Shown here one piece after another: positions 1 through 6,519 of a stretch of DNA of 64,000 nucleotides (positions are counted from its first letter, which is position 1; every line of letters starts with the position of its first letter). Location: positions 672,001-736,000 of the forward strand of contig CAVTMK010000004.1 of the NCBI GenBank assembly GCA_963735805.1. Direction: 5' to 3'. Made by a program: the position numbers and the translations under genes. Under the pieces are notes generated by a model that ran no database searches, was not told the DNA's origin, and saw nothing but the letters and a program-made list of their open reading frames with translations. This DNA comes from an uncultured Verrucomicrobiae bacterium (GTDB lineage Bacteria > Verrucomicrobiota > Verrucomicrobiia > Chthoniobacterales > UBA10450).

Positions 1-1
1 C

Positions 2-202
2 GCATTCTTCTCGCTGCTTGGCATGAATGGATTGCCCCGCTGGTACCACCCAATGTTCAATTGGGAGCGATTTAGTCGCGTAAGCAACGACGGATTCTTT
101 CTGGCAATCGAATCGCGTGATCCACGGTTCACTGAGAACGGTGTTCGCGAATTATTGGAAAAGACCGGCGGCGAACACATCACCATTGTGCACGAGGACT
201 GA
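2..202 (+). CDS. actD: Alternative complex III subunit ActD (DUF3341), 3' fragment cut by the window edge
   Basis: Manual translation AFFSLLGMNGLPRWYHPMFNWERFSRVSNDGFFLAIESRDPRF...HED*; GLP..YHP.F and DGFFLAIE..DP motifs; lies directly before actE. Confidence 0.85.
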   Translation, partial: AFFSLLGMNGLPRWYHPMFNWERFSRVSNDGFFLAIESRDPRFTENGVRELLEKTGGEHITIVHED

Positions 203-205
203 AAT

Positions 206-949
206 ATGCTGCGCGGATTTCTTGTCATTTTTATTCTGTCCGGCATCGCGATCCTCGCCGTCTTTGGATTTCGTGGCCGGAAGAGCACGGAGCCGCCGAG
301 CGAGGTTTTCCCCGATATGGTCCGACAAATGAAGGTTCGTGCACAGGCACCGCTCGATCTTTTTGCAGACGGACGTGGACCAAGGCTGCCGGTCGCAGGC
401 ACGGTTCCCATTGGCTACGAAATGCCAAAACCCGGCATTGTAGCTGGGACAACCGCTGCCAGCCTGCCGGGGTCAGCGACCCCGGCTACAGGACCCTGGT
501 CGCATCCCAATATTGGTTTTAGCGAGGGCACTGATTATTACAACACAGGTAAGATGGGAGATCACTGGGGAACGGGCATTCCGGTCCCAGTTACGTCCGA
601 GCTGATGGAACGCGGGCAACAGCGCTTCAACATTACGTGCGCGATGTGTCACGGCGCCACCGCTGCAGGTAACGGGATCACAAAACAGTACGGACTTGCA
701 ACTGTCATTTCGCTTCAGGACGAACGGATCCGCAAGATGTCCGACGGCGAAATTTTCAACACGATCACCAACGGTAAAAACACGATGATGCCTTACGGGC
801 CGAACATCATTGTGCCCGATCGTTGGGCGATTATCGCCTACCTGCGCGCGTTACAACGCAGCCAGAACGCAACGACAGCAGACGTTCCCGAGGATCGGCG
901 CGCAGAATTAGACAAACCGGCGCCATCGCCACCGGCTACACCAAAATGA
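206..949 (+). CDS. actE: ACIII monohaem cytochrome c subunit ActE
   Basis: PDMVRQ, FADGRG.R.PV.GTV, CAMCH haem motif, DGEIF.TITNG..TM, DRWAIIAYLRALQ; position between actD and actF. Confidence 0.88.
   Translation: MLRGFLVIFILSGIAILAVFGFRGRKSTEPPSEVFPDMVRQMKVRAQAPLDLFADGRGPRLPVAGTVPIGYEMPKPGIVAGTTAASLPGSATPATGPWSHPNIGFSEGTDYYNTGKMGDHWGTGIPVPVTSELMERGQQRFNITCAMCHGATAAGNGITKQYGLATVISLQDERIRKMSDGEIFNTITNGKNTMMPYGPNIIVPDRWAIIAYLRALQRSQNATTADVPEDRRAELDKPAPSPPATPK
439..490. repeat. GTAG-type REP doublet inside actE
   Basis: TGTAGCTGGGAC... facing CCGGGGTCAGCGACCCCGGCTACA (palindrome plus GTAG on the minus strand). Confidence 0.65.
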
Positions 950-2148
950 GCGAACGTTCTCACACTGCCCCAACACCCGAAGGCGAATATTTCGAGAGCA
1001 GCCGCTTTGCCGGACTTTCGTCGCTTCTGGGATTGATTGCCATCGTGGCGCTGGTGCTTTGCGTCGTAGGCGCGTTTCTTAATCCGCACCAATTCAGTTA
1101 TTCGTGGCTCTTTGCGTTCGCATTCTACTTCACGCTTTGCGCCGGCTGCTTTTTCTGGACGATTGTGCATCACGCTACGGACGCCAACTGGACGGTAGTT
1201 GTCCGGCGTCAGTTGGAGAATATTGGGGCGTTGCTGGTGGCGCTGGCGATTCTTTTTGTGCCGATCCTTCTCCTTCGACGCCATCTCTATTCGTGGATGG
1301 ATATCCCGCCCGGTGTGCAACCTTCGCTAGATGCGAAGCGTGCTTATCTCAATTGGGATTTCTTCCTGATCCGCGCTGTCGTGTTCCTCGGCTTTTTTCT
1401 TTGCGCGGCGCTGGTTTTACGCCGCTTATCCGTGAAACAAGACAAGGATGGAAATCCGCGCTTCACAATCTTAATGCGCAAGGTGGCGTTTATCAGCCTG
1501 CCAATGTTTGCGCTTTGTCTGACCTTTGGCGCGTTCGACTGGCTGATGAGCCTGAACTATCACTGGTTCTCCACGATGTTTGGCGTGTACATCTTCGCCG
1601 GCGCAGCGGGGAGTTCGATGTCACTGCTGGTACTGGTCATCACAGCCTTACGACGGGCTGGCTATTTGAAGGATATCGTCACGCTCGAGCATTACCACAT
1701 AATGGGGAAATGGATGCTGGCTTTCACAATTTTCTGGGCATACATCGGGTTCGGCCAGTACATGCTCATCTGGTACGCGAACATCCCGGAGGAGACAGAA
1801 TTCTTTATTACCCGGAACACTGAATCGTGGTGGGCGCTGAGTATGCTGCTGGTTGTCGGACGGTTCTTTATTTGTTTTGGGATTCTTCTCTTGCAGTCCG
1901 TCAAAAAGGAGCCGCGGCGTCTTTGCTGGATCGCTGGATGGATTGTCTGTATGCAACTCTTGGACGTGTACATCATTGTGTTGCCGGCGTTACACGGCAC
2001 CGGGGTGCACGTAAGTATCTGGGATTTGGTTTCAGTGATCGCCATCGGCGCGACGCTCGGTTTTGTTTATCTGCGAATCGTGCCTCGAACGTCTCTCTTT
2101 CCAGTACGCGACCCGCGTCTGATTGAATCTTTGAACCTGGTGAACTGA
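946..2148 (+). CDS. actF: ACIII membrane subunit ActF (NrfD-like)
   Basis: ATG at 946 overlaps the actE stop (ATGA); about 10 TM helices; DWLMSL..HWFSTMFG and FWAYI.F.QYMLIWYANIPEE motifs. Confidence 0.88.
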   Translation: MSERSHTAPTPEGEYFESSRFAGLSSLLGLIAIVALVLCVVGAFLNPHQFSYSWLFAFAFYFTLCAGCFFWTIVHHATDANWTVVVRRQLENIGALLVALAILFVPILLLRRHLYSWMDIPPGVQPSLDAKRAYLNWDFFLIRAVVFLGFFLCAALVLRRLSVKQDKDGNPRFTILMRKVAFISLPMFALCLTFGAFDWLMSLNYHWFSTMFGVYIFAGAAGSSMSLLVLVITALRRAGYLKDIVTLEHYHIMGKWMLAFTIFWAYIGFGQYMLIWYANIPEETEFFITRNTESWWALSMLLVVGRFFICFGILLLQSVKKEPRRLCWIAGWIVCMQLLDVYIIVLPALHGTGVHVSIWDLVSVIAIGATLGFVYLRIVPRTSLFPVRDPRLIESLNLVN

Positions 2149-2149
2149 T

Positions 2150-2656
2150 ATGGCTGGTACTGAATCACTCCGCCAGGTTGCCCATGCGCGTGCTCCATGG
2201 TCGGCGTGGTTTGCGATCGTGCTGCTCTTTGCGCTTTTTGGTGTGATCGTGCTCGCGATCATCGGACCGTCGCCCCGTGGAAGCGATTACGAAGAAACCC
2301 GGGCGAAAAAGCGTGTCGAAAATTTGAAGACGTTGCGCGAGGAAGCCGACAAGTCTTTGACGACTTATGGCTGGATCGACAAAAACAAAGGCGTCGCTCG
2401 CATCCCTATCGCGCGTGCAATGGAATTGACAGTCGTCGACCTGGCAAAGAAAAAGCCGGCGCCGGCAGGTCCGATCGCTACGCCGGAACCGCAAACAACA
2501 GCGGGCACGGCTGGGAGTCCGGCTGCGGGCTCTTCAGCATCGGCTGGTGCGTCGCCTGCGGCTTCGCCGTCCACGCAAGCGCCAGCCTCGCCCTCACCAG
2601 CAGTTCAGTCGTCATCACCAGCGCCTGCTTCACCCAGTCCCACGAAAAGTCCCTGA
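2150..2656 (+). CDS. actG: ActG-like single-TM ACIII subunit with S/P/A-rich tail
   Basis: One TM helix, L.TYGW.D...G.ARIPI.RAM.L motif as in ActG; follows actF. Confidence 0.65.
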   Translation: MAGTESLRQVAHARAPWSAWFAIVLLFALFGVIVLAIIGPSPRGSDYEETRAKKRVENLKTLREEADKSLTTYGWIDKNKGVARIPIARAMELTVVDLAKKKPAPAGPIATPEPQTTAGTAGSPAAGSSASAGASPAASPSTQAPASPSPAVQSSSPAPASPSPTKSP

Positions 2657-2697
2657 CCGTTCTTAATTTTTTCAATGTTTCAACGCTTTTATAATCA

Positions 2698-4179
2698 ATG
2701 AATCCTGCCGGAATCCCACTTAAGGAGCCGTCTGTTTCCGTCGCCGCGGGTGACACCGAACAATTGGAACGCGCCCTGATCGATGCGTCTACGCGCGTGC
2801 CGGTGCTGATATTTTACACTTCGGCAGTGGCATGGCTGATTCTTGGCACGCTGCTTGCCGGCTTCGTTTCGTTCAAGCTGCACACGCCGGATTTGCTTTC
2901 TGACATCAGTTTCCTCACCTGGGGACGCGTGCGCCCAGCCCACATGAACGTAATGGTGTACGGCTGGGCATCCATGGCTGGCATGGGCACGGCAATTTGG
3001 CTGATGGCGCGGTTGTGCCGGACAGTGCTGCGTTATCCGCTGCTGCTGGTTGCGGGCGCCGGATTCTGGAACCTGGGAGTAATGCTGGGCGTGGGCGGAA
3101 TTTTCCTTGGCGATAGCACGGGTTACCAATGGCTGGAGTTCCCCAGCTATGCGGCAATTATTCTTTTTGTCGCGTATACGCTTGTTGCTTCCTGGGCCGT
3201 TCTAATGTTTCGGTTTCGTCGCGGCGAACAAATTTATATCTCGCAGTGGTATTTGCTTGGCGCGTTCCTTTGGTTCCCGTGGCTTTACGCGGCTGGCCAA
3301 CTAATGCTTTTCGTCGTCCCGGTGCAGGGCGTTTTGCAGGCAGCGGTCGGTTGGTGGTACGCAAACAATCTGCTCTTTCTCTGGTTCGGCGCGATCGGTC
3401 TCGGCACTGCGTATTACATGATTCCGAAGGTGATCGGCCGCCCGGTTTACAGTTACCACTTGGCCACAATCGGTTTCTGGACTTACGCACTGTTCTCGAG
3501 CTGGACTGGAATGCAGCGCCTTGTTGATGGACCGTTCCCAGCCTGGATGGTCACAGCTAGCATCGCGGCCACAATCCTCACCCTGATTCCAGTCGCCACA
3601 GTCGGGCTTAATCATCACATGACTATGCAAGGCTATTTCCCGCTGATGCGCTACAGCCCGACGCTTCGTTTTACCGTATTCGGTGCGATGTCTTACACCG
3701 TCTTTAGTCTGGTGGGTGTTGTGATCTCACTGCGTTCGGTCGCCCGCTATGTGAATTTTACGCAGGCGAGCATTGCTTATTCGCATCTCGGTCTTTACGC
3801 ATTTTTCACGATGGTGATTTTCGGCTCGATGTACTACATCGTGCCACGACTGATTGGGCGCGAGTGGCGCTATGCATCGCTGATTAAACTGCACTTCTGG
3901 GCATCGGCCTACGGAATTGGGCTGATGACGCTCATGCTTCTCGCCGGCGGCCTTACTCAAGGCACAAGCATGGAAAATCCCTCGCTCGCCTTCAGCGAGA
4001 GTGTGGAATCGGTGCTGCCCTACCTCCGCGGACGCAGCTTGTCGGGGATCTTGCTGACAGTTTCGCATTTCATCTTTGCATATCACTTTGGATTGATGCT
4101 GTTCGGCCTGGGCCGTAAAGCGACGGTGCCGACATTTCTTAACCCAGTTGAAGCGGAGGGGGCTGAACCGGCTCACTAA
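2698..4179 (+). CDS. CcoN-like (cbb3 subunit I homologue) lacking binuclear-centre ligands
   Basis: About 12 TM helices; FLTWGRVRPAH, YYMIPK...RPVYSY motifs of CcoN; but WWYANN, WTGMQRL and AYSH replace WWYGHN, WAGPHHL and GHVH. Confidence 0.85.
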   Translation: MNPAGIPLKEPSVSVAAGDTEQLERALIDASTRVPVLIFYTSAVAWLILGTLLAGFVSFKLHTPDLLSDISFLTWGRVRPAHMNVMVYGWASMAGMGTAIWLMARLCRTVLRYPLLLVAGAGFWNLGVMLGVGGIFLGDSTGYQWLEFPSYAAIILFVAYTLVASWAVLMFRFRRGEQIYISQWYLLGAFLWFPWLYAAGQLMLFVVPVQGVLQAAVGWWYANNLLFLWFGAIGLGTAYYMIPKVIGRPVYSYHLATIGFWTYALFSSWTGMQRLVDGPFPAWMVTASIAATILTLIPVATVGLNHHMTMQGYFPLMRYSPTLRFTVFGAMSYTVFSLVGVVISLRSVARYVNFTQASIAYSHLGLYAFFTMVIFGSMYYIVPRLIGREWRYASLIKLHFWASAYGIGLMTLMLLAGGLTQGTSMENPSLAFSESVESVLPYLRGRSLSGILLTVSHFIFAYHFGLMLFGLGRKATVPTFLNPVEAEGAEPAH

Positions 4180-5192
4180 TGAAAGGGCTCATTCCTCTTT
4201 TTCTCGGAATTTTCGGGACGTTTGCGTTTTCCTGGGTGGGATTGACGGTGATCCCCAATTGGCAAATCGGACACCTCAATCCCCAATCTGACGAGGAAGG
4301 CACAGACATCTATCCGATGCCACAATCGGGAATGGTCACGCGCGGTGCGCGCGTTTACGCTGCGAACGGCTGTGTCTATTGCCACAGCGAGCAAGTCCGC
4401 GCCGAGTATTCTGGCGCTGATATCGAACGAAAATGGGGTGACCGCCGGAGCGCACCACGCGATTACGTTTTCGAGAGACCGGTTTTTCTTGGGAAGATGC
4501 GAATGGGACAGGACCTTGCGAACATCGGTGCTCGAGCCCCAGCAGAGCAGGAAAGTCCTTCGCCGGCCGCAAGCGGAAATTCTGCGCCGTCACCAACTGG
4601 CGCAGCTCAAAGCCCATCACCGTCAACCGCTCAGACGAACACCCGGCCCGCACAACCGCCAGGATCTGCGGCACCTCAACAGCAACCAGCAGCTTCTCCG
4701 ACGACGTCACCAAATTCTTCTCCATCTGGGTCACCTGCGGTCGCGGGTCCGAGGACAGGCATTGCCTCTCCGTCTCCAGGAGCGGCGTCTCCTGCAGCTG
4801 CAAGTCCGGGTGCACCGCCTTTGGCGGGACCGCCATGGCCAGAGCAGACCGCGGGTCTTCCACCAATGTACTCGGCCGCATGGCATCATGTGCATCTGTA
4901 TTCGCCGCGCAGCATCAACTTCGATTCGAACATGCCGTCCTATCGTTTTCTTTACCGAACTCGCCGTATCAGCGATGCGCGTTCATCAGACGCTTTGCAA
5001 CTCACCGGTTCCGACGCGCCTCCACAAGGTTGGGAAATTGTTCCGACTTACGATGCGAGATGTCTTGTGGCTTACATGATGTCGCTTAATCAATCACATC
5101 CGTTGAAGGGAGTCAGGTCGTCCGGCGCGGCAGCAGGCGCGTCGACAGCGGCTTCACCTTCGCCTGCGTCTGGAGGACAACCAGCAAAATGA
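4179..5192 (+). CDS. CcoO-like (cbb3 subunit II) cytochrome c with a long low-complexity insertion
   Basis: G..VY..NGCVYCHSEQVR, LG..R.G.DLANIG, WH..HL..PR.....S.MP.Y motifs of CcoO/FixO. Confidence 0.85.
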   Translation: MKGLIPLFLGIFGTFAFSWVGLTVIPNWQIGHLNPQSDEEGTDIYPMPQSGMVTRGARVYAANGCVYCHSEQVRAEYSGADIERKWGDRRSAPRDYVFERPVFLGKMRMGQDLANIGARAPAEQESPSPAASGNSAPSPTGAAQSPSPSTAQTNTRPAQPPGSAAPQQQPAASPTTSPNSSPSGSPAVAGPRTGIASPSPGAASPAAASPGAPPLAGPPWPEQTAGLPPMYSAAWHHVHLYSPRSINFDSNMPSYRFLYRTRRISDARSSDALQLTGSDAPPQGWEIVPTYDARCLVAYMMSLNQSHPLKGVRSSGAAAGASTAASPSPASGGQPAK

Positions 5193-5968
5193 ACGAGGAC
5201 GCACCAGCACCTGAGCCGCGTTCCAGCCAGGGGATGGATTACAGCGAAATCGCCGACGTCCAGGAAGTCCATGCAGCGGTGCAGCGCGAAAAACGCGAAC
5301 CGCGCGTGGGTCGCGAACCGCTCTCCATCTGGTTGATCGCAGTGTACGGACTGGCAGTATTTTTTGGAGGCGCTTATCTGGGTCGTTTCTCTGGAAATTT
5401 CAGCGGCGAAGCGCTTGATCCGTACGGCGGCGAAATACCCACGATGAAGAAAGTTACCGGTCCGCAAGGCGCTGAACAAGCCGCAGAACTTTCACCGCAC
5501 GATCGCGGGAAGAAAGTCTTCTCAGCTAATTGTCAAACGTGTCACCAAGCCAACGGTCTCGGCGTGGCAGGTCAGTATCCTCCGTTGGCAGGCTCTGAAT
5601 TTACGACAGGCGGATCGCACCGGATGGCGATGATCGTGCTCAAAGGTCTCCAGGGCCCGGTCAAAGTGAAGGGCCAGCAGTTTGGCTCGGCCGTGATGCA
5701 GCCCTGGGACAAAACATTGACCGATCAAAAGCTTGCCGACGTTATCACATATGAGCGAAGCGAGTGGGGGAATAACGCGAGTCCTGTTACCGCCGAACAA
5801 ATTGCCGCGTTACGCAAAGAACTCGCAAGTCATCCAAATTCATTTACTGAACCTGAGCTTCTTGCAGCCCCCGACGAAGATCTTCCCGGTGGCGCTCCGC
5901 CGGGTGCCGCACCCTCTAAACCGGGCGAAGCAGCAAAGCCTGGCGAACCCCCGAAGCCAAAAGGATAG
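5189..5968 (+). CDS. Membrane-anchored class I cytochrome c
   Basis: One TM helix, CQTCH, G..G.YPPLAGSE, distal Met in AVMQPW; ATGA overlap with the ccoO-like gene. Confidence 0.88.
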   Translation: MNEDAPAPEPRSSQGMDYSEIADVQEVHAAVQREKREPRVGREPLSIWLIAVYGLAVFFGGAYLGRFSGNFSGEALDPYGGEIPTMKKVTGPQGAEQAAELSPHDRGKKVFSANCQTCHQANGLGVAGQYPPLAGSEFTTGGSHRMAMIVLKGLQGPVKVKGQQFGSAVMQPWDKTLTDQKLADVITYERSEWGNNASPVTAEQIAALRKELASHPNSFTEPELLAAPDEDLPGGAPPGAAPSKPGEAAKPGEPPKPKG

Positions 5969-6016
5969 CGTGCAGGAAGTCCGCTTGTTTGATTTGCAGC
6001 CGCGCCTGGAAAGCGT

Positions 6017-6442
6017 CTAGCCTTCTCGATTCGGACTACCGAGGATGTGACTCTTCGGCGGCATCATCACGTTGTCGAAGTTTTGGGTAAACATGGCAGC
6101 CGCGAAGAAAGCGACGGCGCGCAATGTTTCCTTACCGACATTAACAAGGTCGTGCTTTATGGGCGTTGGAATGGCAAAAACACTTCCGGGGCCGACGCGG
6201 TAGGTGTTGCCATCTTCCATATGTAATTCTCCGGTACCGGCAATGATGTACTGTGTCTCTTCGGTAGCGTCAGTGTGCCAGCCGAGACGATGCCCTGGCT
6301 CAATTTCATACACGATTGTCGAAGATGCGGTCGTGCCGTGGCCGCCATACACTGCAAAAGCCCCGGCCCAATGGACTGACTTGTCATCCTCGGCCCAAAC
6401 TTCGGCGCGCTTAAGTTTATCGGATGCAACAACTGGATTCAT
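6017..6442 (-). CDS. Cupin domain protein
   Basis: PG..LGWHTD..EE..YII.GTG and G.VF.IP....H...N.G cupin motifs. Confidence 0.85.
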   Translation of the reverse strand: MNPVVASDKLKRAEVWAEDDKSVHWAGAFAVYGGHGTTASSTIVYEIEPGHRLGWHTDATEETQYIIAGTGELHMEDGNTYRVGPGSVFAIPTPIKHDLVNVGKETLRAVAFFAAAMFTQNFDNVMMPPKSHILGSPNREG

Positions 6443-6519
6443 GGAGTCGAGGCTAAGATGTGGCCTTGCATAGTCAATAACAGAAACGCTTCTGGCACAT
6501 TACACACCGCGCGTGACCG

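Noticed and set aside
823..945. Extended N-terminus of ActF in the ORF track
   Set aside because: It overlaps actE; the ATGA-coupled start at 946 is more plausible
2657..2697. TATAAT promoter or FNR box before the ccoN-like gene
   Set aside because: TATAAT ends only 2 nt before the ATG, and no TTGAT-N4-ATCAA is present
2698..5192. Functional high-affinity cbb3 oxidase (ccoNO)
   Set aside because: CuB and haem b3 ligands are absent and there is no ccoP or ccoGHIS, so no gene symbol was assigned
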